A stretch of DNA of 64,000 nucleotides from an uncultured Bacteroidaceae bacterium (GTDB lineage: Bacteria; Bacteroidota; Bacteroidia; Bacteroidales; GCA-2748055), in NCBI GenBank assembly GCA_964479445.1, contig CAYZMH010000002.1, forward strand, positions 43,367-107,366, in the 5' to 3' direction. The notes under the pieces are model-generated. The model ran no database searches. It saw only the letters and a list, made by a program, of their open reading frames with translations, and was not told where the DNA came from. Position 1 is the stretch's first letter. Each line of letters begins with the position of its first letter. The translations under genes and the position numbers were made by a program. Below are positions 38,079-47,005 of this stretch, piece by piece.

Positions 38079-38915
38079 ATGAAAAGAATTGCAATTCAAG
38101 GTGGTTACGGAGCTTTTCATGAGATAGCAGCTCACTATTATTTTAAGAATGAAGAACTTGAAATTCTTCCGAAAAACACATTCAGAGATATGCTTTCTAC
38201 ATTAAAGAAGCAAAAATCTGAATATGGAATTATGGCAATAGAGAATTCATTGGCCGGCAGTATTCTTCCAAACTACAACTTATTGATGGATACTCCAATG
38301 AACATCATAGGAGAGGTTTATCTCAGGATAAAACAAAACCTCGTAGCCTTGAAAGGAACGAGGGTTGAGGAGTTGAAAGAAGTATATTCTCATCCAATGG
38401 CAATACTCCAATGCACAGAGTTTTTCAATAAATACCCTTCAATCCGTTTGATAGAAAGTGCCGATACTGCACTGAGTGCTAAAGAGATTGCGAATAAAAA
38501 CATAAGATACACGGGTGCAATCTCAAGCAAACTGGCTGCCACAAAGTATGGTCTGGAAATTCTTGCTGCAGGAATTGAAACGAATAAGATGAATTACACA
38601 CGCTTTTTGATTCTAACAGAAAATGGAGGTGCTATATCAAAAAGCAACGTAAATAAAGCCTCTATACACTTTGCACTGGCCCATAAAATCGGATCACTAT
38701 CAAAAATACTTTCAATATTCTCCTTTCATGAGATAAATCTGGCTAAAATACAGTCTATGCCAATTATTGGTAAGGAATGGGAGTATCAGTTTTATGTAGA
38801 TCTGGAGATAGACGATTACGATATGTATCAACGTTCTATAGAAGCAATCAAACCATTTACTTCAGGTTTGGGAATCATGGGAGAGTATGAAAAAGGGAAA
38901 GTGTATTTTGAATAA
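38079..38915 (+). CDS. pheA: prephenate dehydratase (PDT + ACT domains)
   Basis: 278 aa. PDT domain (IAIQGGYGAFHE..., YTRFLIL) and a C-terminal ACT-like regulatory domain. Confidence 0.9.
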   Translation: MKRIAIQGGYGAFHEIAAHYYFKNEELEILPKNTFRDMLSTLKKQKSEYGIMAIENSLAGSILPNYNLLMDTPMNIIGEVYLRIKQNLVALKGTRVEELKEVYSHPMAILQCTEFFNKYPSIRLIESADTALSAKEIANKNIRYTGAISSKLAATKYGLEILAAGIETNKMNYTRFLILTENGGAISKSNVNKASIHFALAHKIGSLSKILSIFSFHEINLAKIQSMPIIGKEWEYQFYVDLEIDDYDMYQRSIEAIKPFTSGLGIMGEYEKGKVYFE

Positions 38916-38927
38916 AATAATTATGTT

Positions 38928-40013
38928 ATGGTGGTAGATGTTCGACTGAAACCATTTGTAAAGGTTGAAATGAGTACTAGAGTTCCAATTCTTCTGGCCG
39001 GACCATGTAGTGCTGAGTCAGAAGAGCAGGTGATGGAAACGGCAAGAGGAGTTGCAAAATTAGGTGTCAAGATTTTCCGGGCAGGAATCTGGAAGCCAAG
39101 AACTCGTCCCAATGCCTTTGAAGGTGTGGGGCCTGAAGGTCTTGGATGGCTTCAGAGAGTTAAGCGGGAACTGGGATTGTTAGTGGCCGTGGAAGTGGCG
39201 AATGTAAAACATGTCTATGAAGCGCTGAAATATGGTGTGGATATTATCTGGATTGGAGCACGAACCACAGCAAACCCATTTGCCGTTCAGGATATAGCTG
39301 ATAGTTTAAAGGGTGTGAATATACCTGTAATGATCAAGAATCCGATCAATCCGGATGTTGATTTGTGGATAGGAGCCATAGAACGTATCAATCATGCAGG
39401 GATTGATCAAATTGCTGCTATTCACAGGGGGTTTTCCAGTCATGAGCAGACGATTTTTAGAAATATTCCGCACTGGCAGGTTCCAATAGAATTGCGCAGA
39501 CGAATCCCTGATTTACCGATCATAACTGATCCAAGTCATATATGTGGGAACAGGGCTTTATTATATGATGTATCTCAGAAAGCAATGGACCTGAATTTCG
39601 ATGGATTGATCATTGAAACTCACAATAATCCGGATAAAGCGTTGAGTGATGCCAAACAACAGCTTACGCCAGAGGGATTAAAAAATCTCCTCGATCGGCT
39701 TATTCTCAGGGACCCGGAAGTGAATGAGGAATTAATGCTTACATTGGCAGAGCTGAGAGATCAGATTGATAAATTGGACGATAAAATAATCAACCTTCTT
39801 GATCAACGTATGCGGGTCTCTGAACAAATAGGTGCCTATAAAAAGGAGAACAATATTACAATTTTGCAGACCAAAAGATGGGATGATATGTTGAGAAGCC
39901 GTCTGAATCTAGGTGCAAAGAAAGGATTGAGCGATGAAATGATTAGCAAAATATTCCGAGCAGTGCATCAGGAATCAATTAATAAACAAACCCAAATCAT
40001 GAATGAGGACTAA
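38928..40013 (+). CDS. bifunctional 3-deoxy-7-phosphoheptulonate (DAHP) synthase type I-beta / chorismate mutase (AroQ at C-terminus)
   Basis: KDO8PS-like DAHPS core (LLAGPCSAES, FRAGIWKPRTRP.AFEG, DPSH) followed by a type-II chorismate mutase helix pattern (LR..ID.LD..I..LL..R...S..IG.YK). Confidence 0.85.
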   Translation: MVVDVRLKPFVKVEMSTRVPILLAGPCSAESEEQVMETARGVAKLGVKIFRAGIWKPRTRPNAFEGVGPEGLGWLQRVKRELGLLVAVEVANVKHVYEALKYGVDIIWIGARTTANPFAVQDIADSLKGVNIPVMIKNPINPDVDLWIGAIERINHAGIDQIAAIHRGFSSHEQTIFRNIPHWQVPIELRRRIPDLPIITDPSHICGNRALLYDVSQKAMDLNFDGLIIETHNNPDKALSDAKQQLTPEGLKNLLDRLILRDPEVNEELMLTLAELRDQIDKLDDKIINLLDQRMRVSEQIGAYKKENNITILQTKRWDDMLRSRLNLGAKKGLSDEMISKIFRAVHQESINKQTQIMNED

Positions 40014-40019
40014 TAACTC

Positions 40020-41048
40020 ATGGTGAAGCTAATACTGCATACCAAAGATCAGAAATCAACGATCCTAATTGGGAAAGATATTTTTTCAAAAATACAGCAA
40101 CTTCCTTATCATAACTTGTTTTTATTGATTGATGAAGAGGTGAATATTTTACACCATGAAAAATTCTCTTCATTTAATAAACTTATTATCCCCCGTGGAG
40201 AGACAAACAAAAATTTAGGCACAGTAGAGAATGTTGGAAGACAGTTGATCGATAGAGGAGCAGACAGATCTTCATTTATTGTAGGAATTGGAGGGGGATT
40301 GGCTTGTGATATTGCAGGATTTACAGCATCTGTATATATGCGAGGGGTCCGTTTCGGTTTTATTGCCACAACACTTCTTGCACAAGTTGACGCAAGTGTA
40401 GGTGGGAAAAATGGTGTGAACCTGGATGGATATAAAAATATGATAGGGGTTATTCGTCAACCTGATTTTATATGGTGTGATACTACTCTTCTGTCAACAC
40501 TTCCTCAAAAAGAATGGTTATCAGGTTTGTCGGAGATAGTTAAATATGGTGCTATCAGGCAGAAAAGTCTTTTTCAATATATGGAGAAGAATAACCATCT
40601 ATTGAAAGATCAAAATAGCGAGATAATTGAGCACCTGGTATCAGAATCAGCGCGTACCAAGGTGGCTATTGTTGAGTCAGATGAGCAAGAAAATGGAATT
40701 CGCAAATTATTGAATTTTGGTCACACCCTTGGCCATGCAATTGAACGATTATCCGGACTTCTGCATGGAGAAGCTGTTAGCATAGGAATGGTTCTGGCCT
40801 CAAGGCTGTCTTTCAATATGGGTTATTTGAAAATCGATGAAGTGGATAGACTGGAATCATTGTTAAAACGTATAGGATTACCCGTTACAACCTCTATTGA
40901 TCACAAGCAATTGTTTGAGACACTGCAAAAAGATAAAAAAAGACAGGGAGAGGAAATGCATTTCATTCTATTAAAAGGTATAGGGGATGCTTTTATAAAA
41001 AAAATAAAACTGCCTGATCTAAAGGCTTTCATTTATGATCTGTATTAG
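40020..41048 (+). CDS. aroB: 3-dehydroquinate synthase
   Basis: GGGLACDIAGF, SVGGKNGVNL and the metal-binding GHTLGHAIE...HGEAV motifs. Confidence 0.9.
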   Translation: MVKLILHTKDQKSTILIGKDIFSKIQQLPYHNLFLLIDEEVNILHHEKFSSFNKLIIPRGETNKNLGTVENVGRQLIDRGADRSSFIVGIGGGLACDIAGFTASVYMRGVRFGFIATTLLAQVDASVGGKNGVNLDGYKNMIGVIRQPDFIWCDTTLLSTLPQKEWLSGLSEIVKYGAIRQKSLFQYMEKNNHLLKDQNSEIIEHLVSESARTKVAIVESDEQENGIRKLLNFGHTLGHAIERLSGLLHGEAVSIGMVLASRLSFNMGYLKIDEVDRLESLLKRIGLPVTTSIDHKQLFETLQKDKKRQGEEMHFILLKGIGDAFIKKIKLPDLKAFIYDLY

Positions 41049-41667
41049 CATTGGAGATCTGGATAGGATCAACGAGGTAAATCAAATTTTACCTCCTGTG
41101 GTGGAACTGCGACTGGATTTAATCAAACATGATCCGGAAAAAGTTTTATCACTTCTTGATCCATCAATAACTGTTATTGGAACATTCAGGAAAGAAAATG
41201 AGGATCAATCTCAACAGCGAGAGCAATTAAAGAAATGTATGGACTACGGTGTTCAATATATTGATCTCGAAGTTGATAACTCTACTGGATATCTTGAAGA
41301 ATTAGTGGAGTACGCCCATAGCAGAAATGTTGAAGTCATTATGTCATGGCATAATTATTTTACTACTCCTGAAAGGGATCAATTGAATAAGATGTTAGCA
41401 ATGTGTTATTCCAAAGGTGGAGATATTGCAAAAATTGCCTGTATGGTAACCAATGAGCAACAACTAGCACGTCTTGTTTCACTCTATGAAGTGGAAGGCA
41501 GAAAAGTTATTGTAGGAATGGGAGAAATGGGCAAGATTTCCAGGTTTTCTGCAATTTATTATGGTGCAGAATTTACTTTTGCAGCCGTGTCAGAAAATCG
41601 ATTAACAGCACCAGGGCAACTAACCTATAAACAAATTTTGGAACTAAAGGAAATATTTGAGTCATGA
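41035..41667 (+). CDS. aroD: type I 3-dehydroquinate dehydratase
   Basis: VELRLD motif near the N-terminus and the MGE.GKISR Schiff-base lysine region. Overlaps aroB by 14 nt. Confidence 0.8.
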   Translation: MICISIGDLDRINEVNQILPPVVELRLDLIKHDPEKVLSLLDPSITVIGTFRKENEDQSQQREQLKKCMDYGVQYIDLEVDNSTGYLEELVEYAHSRNVEVIMSWHNYFTTPERDQLNKMLAMCYSKGGDIAKIACMVTNEQQLARLVSLYEVEGRKVIVGMGEMGKISRFSAIYYGAEFTFAAVSENRLTAPGQLTYKQILELKEIFES

Positions 41668-42677
41668 ATAGTTTTGGAAAATTTTTCCGAGTAAGTATAT
41701 ATGGGGAATCTCATGGTTTGTCACTTGGAGTCATTGTAGATGGTTGTCCGTCTGGGATACCTCTGGAGCAATCAGATTTTGAACATGATCTTACACGACG
41801 AAAAAGTGGTGCCAGAGGCACAACACCAAGACGGGAGGATGATATTCCAATGTTAAAATCGGGAGTATTTGAAGGGTATACTACCGGAGCTCCTGTACAT
41901 ATTCAATTTGAGAATAAAAATACACGTTCAAGGGATTATACAGAACTTCGGAAAACTCCCCGACCAGGTCATGCTGATTTTACAGCTACAGCAAAATATG
42001 GAGGCTACGAAGATTATCGCGGAGGGGGACACTTTTCAGGACGTCTTACACTGGGATTGGTAGCTGCAGGAACAATTGCAAAAAAAATAATTGTACCATC
42101 AAAAGTCGAGAGTATTATAAAAGAAGTAGGAGGAAAAGAGGATATTCAGAATGCAGTTATGGAAGCTTTAGAAAACCAGGATTCTATCGGAGGAATCATT
42201 GAATGCACAGTAAATCAATTGCCAGTGGGTTTAGGGGAACCCTTCTTTGATTCATTTGAATCAGTAATGAGCCATATGGCATTTTCTATCCCGGCCATTA
42301 AGGGAATTGAGTTTGGTGCAGGTTTCCAAGCAGCCAGCATGAAAGGAAGTGAACACAATGATAATTTTATCACAAAAAACGGAAACACCGAAACCAACCA
42401 TGCAGGAGGTATAAATGGTGGGATAACAAATGGTAATCCGGTTATTTTTAGGGTCGCAGTGAAACCTACTTCCAGTACACATCAATCACAGAGAACGCTG
42501 AATTTTAAAACAGGTAAGCTCACAGATCTCCAGGTTGAGGGCAGGCACGATACCTGTATAGCTCTTCGTGTACCCGTGGTACTTGAAGCCGCTACTGCTA
42601 TTGTCACTGCAGACCTGATGCTACAGAGTCATCATATTTCCAGAATATTAAAACCCAAAAACGACAAAATAATATGA
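41664..42677 (+). CDS. aroC: chorismate synthase
   Basis: GESHG, RPGHAD and GGG.SGR motifs. 4-nt ATGA overlap with aroD. Confidence 0.9.
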   Translation: MNSFGKFFRVSIYGESHGLSLGVIVDGCPSGIPLEQSDFEHDLTRRKSGARGTTPRREDDIPMLKSGVFEGYTTGAPVHIQFENKNTRSRDYTELRKTPRPGHADFTATAKYGGYEDYRGGGHFSGRLTLGLVAAGTIAKKIIVPSKVESIIKEVGGKEDIQNAVMEALENQDSIGGIIECTVNQLPVGLGEPFFDSFESVMSHMAFSIPAIKGIEFGAGFQAASMKGSEHNDNFITKNGNTETNHAGGINGGITNGNPVIFRVAVKPTSSTHQSQRTLNFKTGKLTDLQVEGRHDTCIALRVPVVLEAATAIVTADLMLQSHHISRILKPKNDKII

Positions 42678-43453
42678 GAATTGTTATTCTTGGTGCAGGA
42701 AACATGGGATCATGGTTGGTGGAATCACTATGCCTTGATTACGAAGTAGGAGTCTATGATGCCGATCGTTCCAGGTTGAAGTATTTTTTTAATTCACGTA
42801 AGTTTCTATATTTAGAAGAAATATTTGATTTTACGCCCGATATAGTTATCAACGCAGTAAACCTTGAGAAGACAATAACTGCTTTTGAAGAAGTATTACC
42901 CTATCTTCCCGGTGATTGTATACTTGCTGATATTACTTCTGTGAAAAAAGGTTTAGCAGATTATTATAAGAATATAAACAGGCCTTTTGTATCAACTCAT
43001 CCTATGTTTGGTCCTACTTTCGGGGATGTGAAAAATCTACAGGATGAGCATGCAATAATCATATCAGAGTCAGATAAAAAGGGGGCTGATTTTTTCAGGG
43101 AGTTTTATGATAATCTTGGGTTAACAATTCATGAATATTCATTTGATCAACATGATCAAACAATCGCTTATTCCTTATCGCTTCCTTTTTCATCCTCATT
43201 GGTCTTTGCATCTTGTATGAAGAAACAGGATGCGCCAGGAACTACATTCCGTAAACATATGGTTATCACAGAAGGTTTGTTGTCTGAGGATGATTATCTT
43301 CTATCCGAAATATTGCTTAGTCCTTATAGCCTTGAACAGGTTGAAAATGTCAGAGATCAGTTAAATGATCTGATCCGTATAATTAAGAAGGGTGATAGCG
43401 ATGAATTTAAGTCGCTATTTGAAAAGCTGCGCCAAAATATTGGAATGCATTAA
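42674..43453 (+). CDS. tyrA: prephenate dehydrogenase
   Basis: NAD-binding ILGAGNMGSW and the catalytic region HPMFGP. 4-nt overlap with aroC. Confidence 0.8.
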   Translation: MRIVILGAGNMGSWLVESLCLDYEVGVYDADRSRLKYFFNSRKFLYLEEIFDFTPDIVINAVNLEKTITAFEEVLPYLPGDCILADITSVKKGLADYYKNINRPFVSTHPMFGPTFGDVKNLQDEHAIIISESDKKGADFFREFYDNLGLTIHEYSFDQHDQTIAYSLSLPFSSSLVFASCMKKQDAPGTTFRKHMVITEGLLSEDDYLLSEILLSPYSLEQVENVRDQLNDLIRIIKKGDSDEFKSLFEKLRQNIGMH

Positions 43454-43649
43454 TATACATATGGATTTCATAATTTCAATATTATTGGCCAATTTCTGGT
43501 TGTTTGTTAACATTACATACACTAATATAATCTGTATGATATATGTAAGGGGGCGAGTGTTATAACTATAATTGACTATAAACTTGCCGGGCAGAATTTA
43601 TCCGATTCACCAGGCGATTTTATGATGCGGAAAAAGAATAATCATAAAT

Positions 43650-44981
43650 TCAGTCATCATATATCTGAAGCTTTAACACTTTTTTAGTATGATCCGTAAC
43701 TTTAAAACGATTATCAATTCTGAGTCCGATAATCCACACAATGTTCTTCCCTGAAGCTAATATCCAGGTGTTTTTTTTAACGGGAACCGGAATTTTGTTA
43801 TCAATAAAGAAATCGCTCACCTTCTTCATATGATCCATACCCAGTGGGTAAAAATAATCTCCGTGCATCCATTTTCTGACGGTAAGGGGAAAATGCAGCT
43901 TATCCATATCAAGGAAGGCAATCTGATTATTATTTGAAATGTCTTCATTGCGAAAAGTTTCTAATATTTCCATCTCCGCTGCAAAGGGTAGTTGATAATT
44001 CCTTTCGGCTGAATCAATATAATAACGCTCGAAATTCGTATTATCATTGTTTTTAATTATATAAAAAGCGTCGCGGTCTTTATATAATTTATGTGTTGTC
44101 GATATGAAGACTTTGCCGGACGGCGCATCCAATATTTTAGCTATGGAGCTACATTGATCCTTTGTAAAATTATAGGGATGAAACAGTTCATAAAGCCATG
44201 TCTTTAATGGAGAAAGCTCTTTTATATCGCTTATGTTGATAACTATATGATGATTTTGTTGAATGAATAATCGCTTTCTGACTGAGTTGATGTGCGATTT
44301 GTATATTGATGCAATATCCGAAAAACGATGGATGTTATCTTCCATTGTATCAACAAAAGATGGATTTAGTTCCTCGAAGGCGGGGATGATATCGTGTCTG
44401 ATTTTGTTACGTTGATATTTCTTGCTGGCGTTACTTGAATCTTCCCGGTAAGCAAGTCTTTTAACTCGCGCATAAGAATATATATCTTTTCGGCTTGAAA
44501 ATAGAAGAGGCCTTATATAGTGATTATTTTTAACCGGAATCCCGGTAATCCCTTTTATTCCTGTTCCACGGCCTAGGTTAATAAAAAAAGTCTCTACGGT
44601 ATCGTTTTTATTGTGCGCGGTAGCGATATGATCATAGTGCAGATAATTACGAATTTCATCAAACCACTTATAGCGCAATTCCCTTGCAGCCATTTGGACT
44701 GAAATACCATGCTCGTTTGCATGTATTTCAGTATCAAAACGTTGAACGAATATTGGCAGGTTATTCGAATCAGCTAAAGATCGGACAAATGCTTCATCTA
44801 ACTCAGACTCATTACCTCTTAGTTGAAAATTACAATGCAAAATAGCAACTTTTATACCCCCTCTGACAAAAAGATCTGTCATTACCACTGAATCAACTCC
44901 ACCACTTACTGCCAGCAAGATAGAATCACTTTCGTGAAATAATTCGTTTTGCTTACTGAATGATAGAAGTTTCTCCCACAT
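43650..44981 (-). CDS. tilS: tRNA(Ile)-lysidine synthetase
   Basis: PP-loop LAVSGGVDS, the TAHN.ND..ET motif, and a C-terminal substrate-binding domain. Confidence 0.9.
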   Translation of the reverse strand: MWEKLLSFSKQNELFHESDSILLAVSGGVDSVVMTDLFVRGGIKVAILHCNFQLRGNESELDEAFVRSLADSNNLPIFVQRFDTEIHANEHGISVQMAARELRYKWFDEIRNYLHYDHIATAHNKNDTVETFFINLGRGTGIKGITGIPVKNNHYIRPLLFSSRKDIYSYARVKRLAYREDSSNASKKYQRNKIRHDIIPAFEELNPSFVDTMEDNIHRFSDIASIYKSHINSVRKRLFIQQNHHIVINISDIKELSPLKTWLYELFHPYNFTKDQCSSIAKILDAPSGKVFISTTHKLYKDRDAFYIIKNNDNTNFERYYIDSAERNYQLPFAAEMEILETFRNEDISNNNQIAFLDMDKLHFPLTVRKWMHGDYFYPLGMDHMKKVSDFFIDNKIPVPVKKNTWILASGKNIVWIIGLRIDNRFKVTDHTKKVLKLQIYDD

Positions 44982-45355
44982 AAGTCTGAAAGTTACAACT
45001 TTTTATATTTCATCTATTTCTCGGAAAAAATAAAAAAACCGTATTCCAATGAGAATCTTGTTACCAGGAGAAAACCATTTTTTCCGGAGAGATAGACATG
45101 AATTCTTATCTGTTATTTGTCAAGGCATTAGAGCTCTATTAAGTTTGCAGCACAAACATATTCATATTTCTATATTATACGATGTTAGCAGATATTTGTC
45201 TACATTTCTGCTAGACACATCAGTCATGAAATAACAATAGAAGATAGATGATAATTCATGATAGATCTAATTGTCTTAAACTATTAAATCTACCAGATAC
45301 TATAAAATAAAAAACAAATGTATCTTTAAAAAGATGATTCAAAAACGATTATTTA

Positions 45356-46831
45356 TTAATATGCTTTAGCAAATAAAACTCGGAATTCAGATGGTTTGCC
45401 ACTGTAGACACAAGTACCCTTCTCTTGCTTTATGTTAAAAGGTATAGCTCTTATAGTAGCCTTGGTCTCTTCTTTTATTTTTTGCTCAGTCTCCTCAGTT
45501 CCATCCCAATGAGCCTCTATAAACCCTCCCTTTTTTTCCAGGATCTCTTTAAACTCTTCCCAGTTATTCACAGAATGAGTGTTTTTGTCACGAAAATCTT
45601 TTGCTTTGCTGTAGATGTTTTCTTGAATACTCTCCAACAACTCATTGATATATTTGGCAACGCCCTCTTGTTTGATCACCTCTTTTTTAAGTGTATCCCT
45701 TCGGGCGATCTCAATAGTTTTATTTTCTATGTCCCTGGGACCCAAAGCTACTCTTATAGGTACGCCTTTGAGCTCATATTCGGCAAATTTCCATCCGGGC
45801 TTTTGTGTATCGCGGTTATCATATTTGACGGAAATTCCATACGCTTCTAGTTCTTTTTTTATGCGTTTTGCATTTTCGTTAATGGCTGGTAATTGTTCAT
45901 GTCCTTTGTATATGGGGACAATTACTACCTGTATAGGGGCCAGGCGAGGAGGTAGTATTAGACCATGATCATCGGAGTGAGCCATGACAATAGCACCCAT
46001 AAGCCTTGTCGATACTCCCCAGGAAGTTGCCCATACATAATCCAGTGACCCCTCTTTATTTGTGAACTGCACATTAAATGCTTTGGCAAAGTTCTGACCA
46101 AGGAAATGTGAGGTGCCTGCTTGTAAAGCTTTGCCATCCTGCATAAGAGCTTCAATGCAAAAAGTATCCAGCGCCCCTGCAAAACGTTCTGCAGGTGTCT
46201 TTCTCCCCATGATCACAGGTATAGCCATATAGTTTTCAGCGAAATCAGCATATGTTTCAATCATCAATTGCGTTTCATCAAGTGCTTCCTGTTTTGTTGC
46301 ATGTGCAGTATGGCCCTCCTGCCATAAGAACTCTGCTGTCCTGAGAAATAAACGGGTACGCATTTCCCACCTTACAACATTTGCCCACTGATTAATAAGT
46401 AATGGTAAATCACGATATGATTGAATCCAGTTTTTATAGGTATTCCATATGATAGTCTCTGAGGTCGGGCGTATCACCAACTCTTCTTCCAGTTTTGCAT
46501 CCGGATCGACGATTACACCTCCTGTCTCTTCATCATTCTTCAATCGATAATGTGTGACCACGGCACACTCCTTTGCAAAGCCTTCTACGTGATCGGCTTC
46601 CCTGCTAAAAAAAGATTTGGGTATAAACAGAGGGAAATATGCATTTTCATGCCCCGTTTCTTTAAATTTACTGTCCAGGATGTCACGCATTTTTTCCCAG
46701 ATGGCATAACCGTAGGGCTTAATAACCATACATCCTCTTACGGCAGAATGCTCAGCCAGATCGGCTTTGATCACTAAATCATTATACCATTGTGCGTAAT
46801 TCTCTTCTTTACTTGTCAGTACCTTTGCCAT
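45356..46831 (-). CDS. proS: proline--tRNA ligase (archaeal/eukaryote-like type)
   Basis: 491 aa with class II motifs (FRDE-like [20 protein letters not shown]), no bacterial INS editing domain, and a terminal ...FAKAY tyrosine typical of this ProRS type. Confidence 0.9.
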   Translation of the reverse strand: MAKVLTSKEENYAQWYNDLVIKADLAEHSAVRGCMVIKPYGYAIWEKMRDILDSKFKETGHENAYFPLFIPKSFFSREADHVEGFAKECAVVTHYRLKNDEETGGVIVDPDAKLEEELVIRPTSETIIWNTYKNWIQSYRDLPLLINQWANVVRWEMRTRLFLRTAEFLWQEGHTAHATKQEALDETQLMIETYADFAENYMAIPVIMGRKTPAERFAGALDTFCIEALMQDGKALQAGTSHFLGQNFAKAFNVQFTNKEGSLDYVWATSWGVSTRLMGAIVMAHSDDHGLILPPRLAPIQVVIVPIYKGHEQLPAINENAKRIKKELEAYGISVKYDNRDTQKPGWKFAEYELKGVPIRVALGPRDIENKTIEIARRDTLKKEVIKQEGVAKYINELLESIQENIYSKAKDFRDKNTHSVNNWEEFKEILEKKGGFIEAHWDGTEETEQKIKEETKATIRAIPFNIKQEKGTCVYSGKPSEFRVLFAKAY

Positions 46832-47005
46832 GATCTTACTCTAGTAATGTTTAATAAAATTACAAAGAAAGCAAAAAAAGAAGAAGAGGGAAACACAGCC
46901 ATCCTCATACCCTGCTAAATAAACGTAAGATAATTCTATGTCTATTATTGGAAATTCACCAGGCGTATCAAATATTTTAACTTGGAAAAGCCTGTAGACG
47001 AATAA

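Noticed and set aside
43461-43565. A 34-codon hydrophobic mini-ORF (MDFIISILLANFWLFVNITYTNIICMIYVRGRVL) starting 7 nt after the tyrA stop.
   Set aside because: It could be a small membrane peptide. However, short ORFs of this kind are expected by chance in AT-rich spacers, and there is no supporting start context or conservation information.
43605-43616. The 12-mer attcaccaggcg is shared between two intergenic regions (43605-43616 and 46954-46965).
   Set aside because: A back-of-envelope estimate gives on the order of a hundred chance 12-mer coincidences in 64 kb. The flanks do not extend the match, and the two contexts differ. It is not evidence for a repeat element.
45049-45234. A 61-aa ORF in the 374-bp tilS-proS intergenic region, and an A/T-rich inverted repeat (45019-45031 with 45077-45090) upstream of tilS.
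   Set aside because: The ORF has no recognisable features and sits in AT-rich non-coding sequence. The repeat arms are mostly A6/T6 with a bulge and a loop of about 45 nt, so the predicted stability is low. I could not see any tRNA- or riboswitch-like structure. A covariance-model scan (Rfam) of 44982-45355 would settle it.
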